Source of the DNA: an uncultured Pseudomonadota bacterium
Lineage (GTDB): Bacteria > Pseudomonadota > Alphaproteobacteria > Acetobacterales > Acetobacteraceae
Direction of reading: 5' to 3'
NCBI GenBank assembly: GCA_963772445.1
Contig: CAVYXK010000001.1
Span: 977,721 to 1,017,720, forward strand
Length of the DNA: 40,000 nucleotides
The position numbers were made by a program, and so were the translations under genes. The notes under the pieces were generated by a model, which saw only the letters and a program-made list of their open reading frames with translations, was not told where the DNA came from and searched no databases. Numbering within the stretch: the first letter of the stretch is position 1; every line of letters begins with the position of its first letter. Below are positions 9,989 to 19,787 of this stretch, piece by piece.

Positions 9989-10390
9989 CTAAGCTGCGGC
10001 CCGTGGGCGCATGCCGGCACGGGTAGAGTAGTACAGCCGCCAAGTGGGACTATGCTGTGGGCCGGGAAAAGGATCCGGGACATCGGCGGGAACGCGATCC
10101 GGATATGCCTCGGTTACCCGCAAGAACTGATCCTGTTGCGTGATCGACAAGCTCTTGAAGGTATGGCGATCTTGTTCGTTTAGCTTGGAACGGAAATCCC
10201 CGCGCTTTTCGATTGCCCGGAGCGCTCGCCGCGCCGCCGATACCCGTCGTCTCGCTCGCCGGCGCGTTTGCGGCGTCTTTGCTCGGGTGGCGTTCGCTTG
10301 GGCGAGAGCGGCTTCCCGTTTCAGGATGGCCTTACGCAGTCGCGCGTAGCTCGCGGTGCCAGGACGATAGGGATTGCGCCCCTTAGTCAT
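9989..10390 (-). CDS. hypothetical basic protein (start chosen at MTKGRNPY)
   Basis: The ORF lies directly upstream of polB on the same strand. Its ATG overlaps the stop of the preceding ORF by 8 nt (coupled arrangement). It is Arg/Ala-rich with no recognisable motif. Confidence 0.45.
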   Translation of the reverse strand: MTKGRNPYRPGTASYARLRKAILKREAALAQANATRAKTPQTRRRARRRVSAARRALRAIEKRGDFRSKLNEQDRHTFKSLSITQQDQFLRVTEAYPDRVPADVPDPFPGPQHSPTWRLYYSTRAGMRPRAAA

Positions 10391-10925
10391 CGGGTGTGCA
10401 CCCAATGTAAACGGTGGTCTTCCCATCGCGCGTCACCCGACGGAAATGGCGTGCTTCCCACCACCACAGACCCGAGTCATCGATCCGGAAATCGGGCTCC
10501 GACGAGTACAGGATCGGGTCGAGCCGGGGACAGAACTCGGGTGTGTCGTCCGCCACCCCGAGCCGGGCATACTCGGCGGGGTATGGTAGAATCAGCTCCG
10601 GCGGCCATCCGTTCGGTGTTAACATGAACCGTGGTTGCCAACGTACTCGTTGGCCAATAGCGCCCCACAGCAGCGGCCGGCCAAGCCTAGCCAAGTCGGC
10701 GAGGCATCGGCCGACGGCGCGCTCGACGGCGGGATCGTCACCTGCCGACAAGATCAGTCCGGCTGCAAAAGTGTCTTGTTCGGCTGGCCAGCGCTCGCCC
10801 CAATCCACAAGGCTGGCGAACAGGCTCCATGACAGCTTGAGGTCGAGATCGGGGCACCGCTCGCGAAGGCGATACGCAGCATCTCGCACGGGCGAGCGAC
10901 CAAACCGCGCCGTCGTCATCAGCAC
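10383..10925 (-). CDS. hypothetical protein
   Basis: 180-aa ORF in the polB operon with non-repetitive composition. No family recognised. Confidence 0.5.
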   Translation of the reverse strand: MLMTTARFGRSPVRDAAYRLRERCPDLDLKLSWSLFASLVDWGERWPAEQDTFAAGLILSAGDDPAVERAVGRCLADLARLGRPLLWGAIGQRVRWQPRFMLTPNGWPPELILPYPAEYARLGVADDTPEFCPRLDPILYSSEPDFRIDDSGLWWWEARHFRRVTRDGKTTVYIGCTPDD

Positions 10926-11129
10926 GGGGCCACCGCCGGCCAGCGTGGTGAAGCGTGCAAGTGCGCTCGGGGGGCGTCCCGAGCCAGCAGCCCGAACTCG
11001 GCTGCACGAGCTTGCATGCCACCTGGAAATTGGTTAGAAATTTCCGAGTCACTGTCATCTCCTTGCAGCGCTCACAACGCTGCGCAATTTTCGAGCCCCG
11101 ACGCTTGCCAGGCGCCGGGGCTCATGTTT

Positions 11130-11450
11130 TCAGGTCATGTGCACCACGCGTGGGTGGTTCGGCTCGACGCTGGCGGCGAACGCGGCACCAGCGGATTGGC
11201 TGAGCGTCCTGCTGGCGCGGCGCGGCGCTTCAACCAGAGACTCGCACCGCGCCTCGGGTGGAAGTGCGCCGGCGAGGTCGCAGCCGACGGTCTCGACAGT
11301 CAGCGTGCGCAGCAGGAAGCCGGCGTACTCGGATCGCGCTGCGACGGGCAGCTTGCACTCACCGATCCACATCGAAATACGAGCGACCGAAACGCCAAGG
11401 CGCTGCGCGGCCTCTTCGATCGTCAAAAAGCGCGGGAAGTGGGCAGCCAT
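11130..11450 (-). CDS. small HTH DNA-binding protein (MerR/excisionase-like)
   Basis: N-terminus 'FLTIEEAAQRLGVSVARISMWI' is a typical helix-turn-helix. It is divergent from the 11574 gene across a relatively AT-rich 123-bp spacer. Confidence 0.6.
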   Translation of the reverse strand: MAAHFPRFLTIEEAAQRLGVSVARISMWIGECKLPVAARSEYAGFLLRTLTVETVGCDLAGALPPEARCESLVEAPRRASRTLSQSAGAAFAASVEPNHPRVVHMT

Positions 11451-11573
11451 CGGGGGTCCTCCGGCTGCCGAACGTACCCGATCCTTTATCTACACAGGTG
11501 CACTTTTGGTGGTCATTTGTAATCGACCAGTCGCGGCGGCAGGAGTAGGCTCATTGGGCAGAACGGGCAGCGC

Positions 11574-12512
11574 TTGATGGTTGTTGTGCGACGTCCCAGG
11601 AAACCCAAAAAGCTGAACGAAGCTACGCTCATTGTTCTAACCGGGATTTCACGCCGTAACCTGACGCGCTGGCGCCAGCAAGGGTTGATCCGGCCCGTAG
11701 AACCGCGCCGCGGGCGCGGGCCCGGGCGCGGCACCACGCCGCTCCAGTATGCGAACGTCGAAGTGCCGAAAATCAATCGCCTGAAAGAATTGAGGCGGGA
11801 GTTCAAGAAGGTTGTCGAGTGGCGCTGGCGTCTGTGGCTCGACGGCTACCCCGTTCGGATCGCCCCCGACCTTGCCGACACGCTCCATCGGTTCAGGACT
11901 CTGGCATCGAAAATCAAAACGCTTGACGACATCGAGACAAAGATCTCCGCTAGTATTTGGAAGCCGACGGATATGCCGCGCGGCAATCCATTGCGAGTGA
12001 TCTTTCGCAGCCTCGGTCGGAACGATCTGCGCTCGCTGACGACGATGCTCATTTGCGTCGTTCTCGGGATCCGATTGCCGCTGTTCGACGAACCGAACCC
12101 CTACCCGTTTCAGATCTTCAAGCGCGCCTTCGGATTGCCGAAAGAGTGGGAAATGCCGCCGGGTCTCTTCAACGTCTTCCCGTCCATGCATGAACAGATC
12201 CTAAATGCGCTTTCGAAGGCCACCACCGACGAATTGGAAGGGGCAAAGGCCGCATGCCGGTTCCTGTCGGGCCTTCTCGACAACCCCGAGAATTGGAGAC
12301 GCGGCGCTATTGTCGTCAGTGGTGCCCCATTACCCTGGCGGCCGATCAAGCTCGCCAGTTTGATATGGCCGTCGCCAGTCGTGCGTGCCGCGACCGTTGG
12401 CCTCATCATCCTCTTCATGCGCGGCTTCAAGTCTGCGCTCGGCGAAGAAGGCGCGGCTGCCTTCGCTTCGATCGCGAGCGAGATGAGCATCTTGTGGCCG
12501 GAGTCCACGTGA
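11574..12512 (+). CDS. hypothetical protein with N-terminal HTH
   Basis: 'ATLIVLTGISRRNLTRWRQQGLIRP' is HTH-like. 312-aa ORF immediately upstream of the Cas1-like gene. Confidence 0.55.
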   Translation: MMVVVRRPRKPKKLNEATLIVLTGISRRNLTRWRQQGLIRPVEPRRGRGPGRGTTPLQYANVEVPKINRLKELRREFKKVVEWRWRLWLDGYPVRIAPDLADTLHRFRTLASKIKTLDDIETKISASIWKPTDMPRGNPLRVIFRSLGRNDLRSLTTMLICVVLGIRLPLFDEPNPYPFQIFKRAFGLPKEWEMPPGLFNVFPSMHEQILNALSKATTDELEGAKAACRFLSGLLDNPENWRRGAIVVSGAPLPWRPIKLASLIWPSPVVRAATVGLIILFMRGFKSALGEEGAAAFASIASEMSILWPEST

Positions 12513-12595
12513 TGGACCTCTGCCGCGACCAGTTGTTCGGTCGCACCAAGCACGGCGCCTCCGGCCCGAACAATATGGAAAGCTAAGGCGCGCGC

Positions 12596-13987
12596 ATGCA
12601 CGCGGATGACACGAATTACACCGTGGTCAAGAACGGCGTGGTCGTCGTAAGCGGCACCGGCCCGGCAATCCGCGTAGATGGCAATCGGCTCGTCATTCGC
12701 GATGGTCCGCAAGAGACGCGGCCGCTCGCTCTGACGCGGGCGGAAGCGGCCCGAAGGCTACGGCACGTTATCGTTTGCGGCCACGCGGGCGGGTTCATCA
12801 CCTTCGATGCCTTGCGATGGTTGCGCGATACGGGCGTGGCGTTTTCACAGCTCGATTGGGATGGAGCCATAATCATCGCTTCCGGTCCGCGGGGCCCCGA
12901 TCGACCCGCTCTACGCCGAGCGCAAGCTCTCGTTTGCAGCGGCGTCATACCGAAAACGACCGTGGCCATCACTCGCGAAATCCTGCGAGTCAAATTGAAA
13001 GGCCAGGCTGCAATCGCCAGGCTGATGGGATCCGCGGATGCGAGCACGATGATCGACAAGCTCGCTGCGGCGATCGGGCGCGAGACGGATGGGAGCAAGG
13101 TGCTATCGGTCGAAGCTCGCGCCGCATCGATCTATTGGAAGTTGTGGAAGGACGTACCTGTCAGGTTTGCGCGCCGCAACCCCCAGCGTCTTGGGACTAA
13201 CGGCCGATGGCGCCCCGGTCGGTCCGATCTCTGGCTTACATTCGGCCCGCGAGCCTCGCTGTTGACCGGGAAACCGTTCCGAGCGACGACACCGGGGAAT
13301 GCCCTGCTCAACTACCTGTACGCGCTTTTGGAATCGGAGATGACCATCGCCCTGCTCGCCGCGGGGCTTGATCCAGGAATTGGCATGTTTCATGTCGACA
13401 TGGATGGCCGATCATCGCTAGCTCTCGACGCGATCGAGGCAGCCCGTCCCCACGTCGATTACTGGATGCTCGCGTATCTCGCCTCGTCCGCCTTCGCAAA
13501 CCGCGACTTTACCGAGCTTTCGGATGGTGAGGTTCGCCTAACACATCCGCTCACTTCTCACCTCGCCCATAGTGGGGCTCTCTGGCAAAAGGCGTGCGAG
13601 CCGATTGCGTACTGGCTCGCGCGGAGCTTCAGCCAGGCGACCGGCGTGACCGCGGTCCTGACGGACGACCGTAAGATCGTGGTGCAGCAGAGGATCCCGT
13701 CGAAGCAATTAGAACGGAAGCAGAGGCTCGATCCGCTGACACAGCTGCCGGCTTTCCGTGGCCCGGCGCGCGGCCGCCGGCCGATGCCGCTGCAAGGCGG
13801 GCTCAAGGACAGCCCAGCCCCCCTAGGGTGCTGGGAGTGCGGAAAAGCAATCCCCGGCAAGCAGATTAGGTTCTGTTCAAAAGAGTGCGCCAGAGCCTTC
13901 CCTGTCGACGAGCTATGCCGCCGCGCGGGGGGGCTAGCTGCGCCGATGTTGGCTTGGGGTGGAGACGTGGGAATTCCATCAAGCTAA
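12596..13987 (+). CDS. cas1: Cas1-family integrase (casposase candidate), no associated CRISPR array
   Basis: N-terminal beta-domain pattern: 'IRVDGNRLVIRDG...HVIVCGHAGGFITFDALRWLRDTGVAFSQLDWDG'. Helical-domain motifs: 'VEARAASIYWKLW' and 'PGNALLNYLYALLESEMTIALLAAGLDPGIGMFHVDMDGRSSLALDAIEAARPHVD', which supply the Glu, His and Asp/Glu catalytic positions. Extra C-terminal 'CWECGKAIPGKQIRFCSKEC'. Confidence 0.8.
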   Translation: MHADDTNYTVVKNGVVVVSGTGPAIRVDGNRLVIRDGPQETRPLALTRAEAARRLRHVIVCGHAGGFITFDALRWLRDTGVAFSQLDWDGAIIIASGPRGPDRPALRRAQALVCSGVIPKTTVAITREILRVKLKGQAAIARLMGSADASTMIDKLAAAIGRETDGSKVLSVEARAASIYWKLWKDVPVRFARRNPQRLGTNGRWRPGRSDLWLTFGPRASLLTGKPFRATTPGNALLNYLYALLESEMTIALLAAGLDPGIGMFHVDMDGRSSLALDAIEAARPHVDYWMLAYLASSAFANRDFTELSDGEVRLTHPLTSHLAHSGALWQKACEPIAYWLARSFSQATGVTAVLTDDRKIVVQQRIPSKQLERKQRLDPLTQLPAFRGPARGRRPMPLQGGLKDSPAPLGCWECGKAIPGKQIRFCSKECARAFPVDELCRRAGGLAAPMLAWGGDVGIPSS

Positions 13988-14033
13988 GGTGAAGGGAAGC
14001 TAAGCATGTTACTCGAATGTGTAAGGAGAAGCG

Positions 14034-17000
14034 ATGGTCGAGGATTTCCGGACGCAGATCACGCGCGAGGACATTCAAGAAGCAATCGCAGCGTTGGAAC
14101 GAGGGGAGGTCCACGAATTTGGTCCGTCGATCTTCTACGACATTCTTGAAGGCGGCCGGCGATACCCTCCTAAGGCAGTCGTCGGCCTCGCTGCGCGCCG
14201 TGTACTTGGCCGGGTACTCAGCCCACACGAATTTTCGGGAGGCGAAGCGTCTTGGGCGTTTCGATTGCTTCGCAGCCGAGGTTTCACCGTAGTGAAGAAG
14301 CTGAGGAACCGCAACATGTCTGAGCTTCCCAGAACACCACCTACCGCTCAGGTTTGGATCGAGGACACCAACACTGCTGTCCACGACCATGGCGGACTGG
14401 GGTGGGAATTCGGCACGTGCTTGTGGAGCCCATCGAGTGCCGAGGGTGGGGGCGATTGGTATTCGCTTATGCGAGAGCCAAAGCTAAATGATTTCGTTAT
14501 CCATTTCGATGGCAGTGTAATTGTCGGTTGGTCCCGGGTGGCTGGGCCGTTCCAGGAGGGGACGGAGGCACCACCAAATCCTGCCCAGTGGGCAGGGCGG
14601 CCTTCGTACTATCGGATTCCATTGACGGATTATCGGGACTTTCCCAACCAAGTCCCGCTGTCCGAGTTCATAGTTCGGCACCACGATGCGCTCACAGAAG
14701 AGCTTCGGACAGACACCCCGAAGCGATTCCCATTTATCATCTACAACGACACAATACGCCGCGCACAGGGCGCATATGTGACTCGCTGCACCCCCAAGCT
14801 GTACGAGCTAATCTGGAACGAGGTCTATCTAAACAACGAGCCTGAACCCTTCGATCCCATTGGCCGCACGTGGAGAAGGCGTCCCAGAGTTGAGGAGCGG
14901 ATTCGGAGAAAGCTGCAGATCGCCATTCCGAGTGATGAAGTACGGGGCGCGGCGCTTGCGGTCCTTGGTTGGGCAATCGAGGCGGCCGATGAGGATCGCA
15001 GCGATGCTTGGTATTTGCGCGAGACGGAGCACGGTCTCCGCCTATTGGCTGGCCGGTTATTCGCTTGCGAGCTACGCCGCTCAAGGCTCCGTGTCTCCGT
15101 TATCGGGCCGGTTCGAGATGACCTACTCGGTATGCTCGGAGCCGAGATAGAAGACGACTTCAAATGGATACCTGGAGGCGTGATCGTCGGCATGCCGGTG
15201 GACAAGGCGGAAGTGGCGCTTTCGCTACTAAAAGACGCAATGGACGCTTTTCTCGGTAGCGCGATGTCCCAAGTAAAGCGCGGCGTCAGCCCGGAAAACC
15301 ATACCCCAGAGGCGATCAACTACGTGTCGACAGTACTCGGACGCGATCTGCCTCAACCTGAACTAGGTTCCGAGCCTTCTCTTTCGGATGTTGACGCTGA
15401 CGCCGGAGAGGAGGATCTGGGCACCTCCAGAGAACCTAAAGTTCGTGGGCGAGCTCCTATCTTCGAGAACGGTCAGCGTTCAATCGCCTCTTTGATTAGC
15501 GACATCGAACGAGGGGTCATCGCGCTTCCCGATTTACAGCGCCCCTTTGTATGGGAGGACACGAAAGTACGTGACCTACTCGATTCGCTGTTCGTGGGGT
15601 TTCCGGTCGGTACGCTCGTCTTCTGGCACACTTCGGACGACAAGGATGCTCGTGCACTCGGTGCGAAGCGACCAGGCCTTCGAGCCACTACCCTTGTCAT
15701 CGACGGTCAACAGCGCCTCACGTCACTATACGCCGTGATGAAAGGGGAAGAGGTGGTTGGAAAAGATGGCGAGATGCGCAGGATCACCATCGCCTTCCGG
15801 CCACGCGACGGCCGGTTCGAGGTCGCAGACGCTGCGATTCGGCGGGATCCTGAGTTTGTACCGAGACGTCACAGATATCTGGAATGGCATCCGTCCGAAG
15901 CCTCAGATTCGTCGTGACCTGATGAACGCGCTGCGCGAGAGAGGCCGCGTCGTAGACGAGCGCTACGAAGACGCCGTCGAACGCAACCTAGACCGCGCGC
16001 ATTCCATTGCCGATTATCGTTTCCCGACCGTCGATATCCGCAGAACCGCAGCAACTGGTGAAGCAACCGAAGAAGACGTTGCAGACATATTCGTTCGCAT
16101 CAACAACCAGGGCGTGCGCCTCGGTCAGGCCGATTTTGTGCTCACGTTGCTCTCTGTCTATCACGGCGAGCTACGGGAAAGGCTTGAGGAGCGCGCGAGA
16201 GCGATGTCCGTCGGGGCAGTCGTCGGGTTGGACACGCAGCAGCTCCTGCGGGCGGTGTGCGGCGTGGCTTTCGGCCGTGCCCGCATGTCGGCGGTTTACC
16301 GGTTTCTGCGCGGCGTTGATCCAACTACGGGTGAGGCCGATCCCGAGCGACGCGTAGCTCTTTTAGATAAGCTCGATAATGCAGCTAACGACTGCATCGA
16401 GCCCACGCCGTGGCGCGATTACCTCTTACGCGTTAAGCACGCGGGCTTCGTAAGCCCAAGCCTAATTGCGTCAAAAAACGCGATCGTCAACGCTTACGCT
16501 TTTTACATTTGCGGCCGCAAGGCAGCTGTCCCGAAGCCCAAGCTCGACGGAGTCATCTCGCGGTGGGTGTTCGCATCGCTCCTCACGGCCCGTTACTCTG
16601 GAGCGTCGGAAACTGCCTTTGAGGAAGATCTTGCACGTCTGGCGCGAGTTGACGGGAGAGGCCCTGATGATTTCACGCGAGAACTTGACGGTGCTATGGC
16701 AGAGACGCTAACCGGCGATTACTGGACACAAACGCTTGTTGCGGCCCTAGAAACCCAGAGAGGGCGCGCACCAGCAGCGCTGGCATTTCGCGCAGCACAA
16801 GTCGTACTTGGGGCGCGTGCGCTTTTTTCGGACCAGCTGCTCCAAAACCTCTTGGACGAATCTCAATCGGCGGGGCGTACCGCTCGCGAGGCTCACCACC
16901 TCTTTCCGGTGAACTGGCTACGATCCCGAGGGATCATCGATCGTCGGCGTGTTAACCAAGTAGCCAACCTTGCGGACGCGGGCTGGCATGAGAACACCGT

Positions 17001-17676
17001 GATTGGTGGCCAAAGCCCGTCGGTGTATGTCGCTCGGTTACGAGATCAGCTCGGAATCGATGACGACCGATGGGGCCGAATGTGTGCTGAGCATGCGCTT
17101 CCACTCGGGTGGGAGCGGATGGATTACGACGAGTTTATTCGTCATCGTAGAACCAGGATGGCCGAGCTTATCCACGTCGCTTACCGTCAGCTCGGCGGCG
17201 AAGCGGATGCTTCGCCGCTTACACCGCCGTGGTTTTTGCCCGGTGCAGAGGAGGTCTGGCAGCGCATCGCCGAGACTGAGCGCGCGCTTCGAGCCCTGGT
17301 TCGGGAGGTGTATGCGTCAACATTCGGCGACACTGCGGCAGCGACGATTTAGGCGAAATTAGCGGAGCGAGAACGTGAGTCGCTGATGCGCGCGCTCCGC
17401 GCCCGTCCACCAGGTTCGGACCCCTTAACCGTCGTAGACTATCTGTACCTAGGCCAACTACCGCCACTGCTCTTTGCAAACGATGTCTGGCAGGAGGTTA
17501 GGTCAAAGCTGGGCAGCGAACCGGATGCCAAGCAGCGTCTCCAAGGCGCCGTTAGCCAGATTGCGCCTGTTCGAAACGAGATTGCTCACGTGCGCGAAGT
17601 CTCACCGGATAGGTTGTTGAAAGCGACGGTCGCCTGCGATGACATTCTCGCGTTGCTCGGAGGGCGATCGCGATGA
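14034..17676 (+). pseudogene. GmrSD-like type IV restriction protein (DUF262 + DUF1524-like), with N-terminal reader-like domains and C-terminal Swt1-like HEPN; decayed
   Basis: DUF262 motifs 'LPDLQRPFVWE', 'FPVGTLVFW', 'VIDGQQRLTSLYAV'. C-terminal His-Me-like 'AHHLFPVNWL'. HEPN Rx4-6H 'VRNEIAHVRE'. PUA/EVE-like segment 'DFVIHFDGSVIVGWSRVAGPF'. One frameshift near 15860 (ORFs 14034-15917 and 15757-17352 overlap). In-frame TAG at 17350-17352. Confidence 0.65.
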
Positions 17677-18538
17677 GGTTTCCTTCGGGCTCACGGGAGA
17701 TTTGCAGCGTTACGATACGTTGCGGCAAAGCCTTTCTGCGACGGGCGGTTCTGATCCTGCCCTTGGCGGCATTGCTGCCATCACAGAGCAGTCGCGCCGA
17801 CGATTTCGAACCACTATGTCTTGATGGCTTCTGCATTGGCCTACCGATAACGGCGCCTCGCTTTGAGCAAATTGCATGGATTGTCCCCCGAAAGGATTTT
17901 GCACAAGATCCCTGCACAGGGATCGGATGCCAGCCTGAAGTTGCATTCCGGGGCTATCCGCCTGCGGAACAGGTTCAACTTGCGGCCGCCTTGAGTTGGG
18001 TGTTCCACGATACCAGCGATGCGCTACCTTATAATGTCGTTACTGAAAAAATCTCTCCATACTGCGCGATTACCATTACGAATGCAATCCTTCTGCGCGC
18101 GGTATGTGGGGTGAGCGACGGTTCATTGGTGCCTACAAAAGCATTCCCAGCAACTATCTGACGGTGATCGGTCTGCGCCTTATTGGAGGTGAACTTCGTG
18201 TTTACCGGATTGCACGGCAATATCCGTATCGCAACCCGGCCGAATTGCGTGGTCTGGCGCAGGAGCTGTGGCCGGAGTTCGGGCGCTCGGTTTTGTTTGT
18301 AGATTACCTAAGCTCGAACGCACCCTATGAAGTGATGCGCCAGGGAAAAGATGGCTGGTTTGGTCGGAGCACACTGTTCAACACCTCCGACATGGCCGAC
18401 AATGCTGCAGAGTTGGTTTTAGTAGATCCTCGAACTCGGCAACTACTCCAACCAACGTCAATGCCAAGCAGCGGAGACGTAAAGCCTCTGCCGATGTCTC
18501 TCGCGGCGCAATGCGAACGGAATCTCCCGCTTCAATGA
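17673..18538 (+). pseudogene. hypothetical secreted protein, frameshifted near 18100
   Basis: N-terminal signal-like 'AVLILPLAALLPSQSSRA'. Two overlapping ORFs (17673-18161 and 18104-18538) in different frames. Confidence 0.4.
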
Positions 18539-18982
18539 TTTCGGCAGGAGTATGAGGTAGTTCATTGTTGCCATCGCGACCTCTCGTCGGGATAGAGCAG
18601 TAGGGGACTGGCTCTTCGACCGCCCCCTTATTCCACTGATCTGGACGCGTTCCCCCGCCACTCAACTCATCCAAGCGGACGCACGGGGACACGAGCGCGC
18701 TCCGTGTGCTCACAAAACCAACGGCCGTCCCGGAGCGCCGGAGCTGCTCACCAAGAGCGCCCGACAGGCGCGGATGAACCGGGAGGGAGAAGGTTCCTGG
18801 CTCCCGCTGAGCCCGCACCAGCAGCCTTCCTGGGCGTGTCGTACGGGTCGCCAGAGCACCCTACAGCCCCCCGTGGGCTCAGGCGAGCGCCTCCCCCGCG
18901 GTCACCTTCTACCCATGGGTCCCAGTCCGTCCGGGATCCCCGCAATGGGTGCGCAGGGCGACCTGGTTGCGGTCCTGACACG

Positions 18983-19171
18983 GAACCGCGAGACCGGCGT
19001 TGCCGACTGAGCGCGTCGCTTGGCTGGCCCCGGTGCCATAGCGGTGGTGATCGCGGGCGCGGCTACTCTCATTTCGATTTGGTTGCGGTCCCGAATGCGG
19101 TTTTGGCCGGTTGAGCCGACTTCGCCCACGCTCAACCTATGGATGCGGACGGACGACGTGCTCCCTGGGGG
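18983..19171 (-). repeat. right terminal inverted repeat (189 bp perfect; degenerate similarity from ~18650)
   Basis: Exact reverse complement of 4107-4295. Confidence 0.95.
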
Positions 19172-19184
19172 AGGTTCTTCGGGG
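19171..19184 (+). repeat. target-site duplication, right copy (GAGGTTCTTCGGGG)
   Basis: Identical to 4092-4105. Confidence 0.85.
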
Positions 19185-19767
19185 CGTTGGGGTCGCGAGC
19201 GAATTCGAGGTGCTGCGTGGTGATCCCGCCGCCTGCATCGCCGCAGTCTGCCAGACCAGTGATATCATCATCGTTGCAGAACCCGGTCCCCCCATTGCCC
19301 GCACCGCGTATGGGGTTACGCGTCTGCATACCGCAGCGTATGCATCAGCGGCATCGGTCCTGCTGCTCCCGGCGCGTCACAAACCCCGGCGAGGTCACGT
19401 GGTGGCGGTACTGGCGGATGCCACGGATGGGAGCCTGGAGGTGGCGTGCCGGATTGCGACGGCGGCCAATGAAGATGTGGCCATCTTGGTATCGAATGAT
19501 GGGGCGGCAAAGCGCGTGAGAGAACGTGCCCGCATCCTGTGTCTTTCACCCGAGCGGATCACGCTTCGTCCTATCCCCACCACCCGGGCGGATGATGTGC
19601 TGGTCGCGTTGGCCGGCTTGCATGAACGCCTGATCGTGATGACGCGCCCGACTGCTGCTACTGATGACGCGTCCGGCGCTTCCCGCATTTCCGCAGCGCG
19701 CGGTGTGCCGGTGCTGCTGATCGAGGCGGCCAACGAGGGGTCTGCCGCGTCTTCGGCAAATTCGTAG
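19171..19767 (+). pseudogene. Usp-like hypothetical gene, 3' part
   Basis: The frame reads 'EVLRGVGVASEFEVLRGDP...' and ends 'ARGVPVLLIEA...' with TAG at 19765-19767. It joins in frame to 3834-4105 once the insertion and one duplication copy are removed. Confidence 0.6.
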
Positions 19768-19787
19768 CCTGCGCGCGACAGGCTTAT

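Larger units (their letters stand above)
4106..19170. mobile_element. casposon-like self-synthesising transposon (Cas1-family integrase + family B DNA polymerase), 15,065 bp
   Basis: 189-bp perfect TIRs (4107-4295 versus the reverse complement of 18983-19171). A 13-14-bp direct duplication flanks it. It splits one ORF whose halves rejoin in frame. The interior encodes Cas1-like (12596-13987) and PolB-like (7736-9979) proteins plus HTH proteins. No CRISPR repeats are seen anywhere in the window. Confidence 0.8.
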
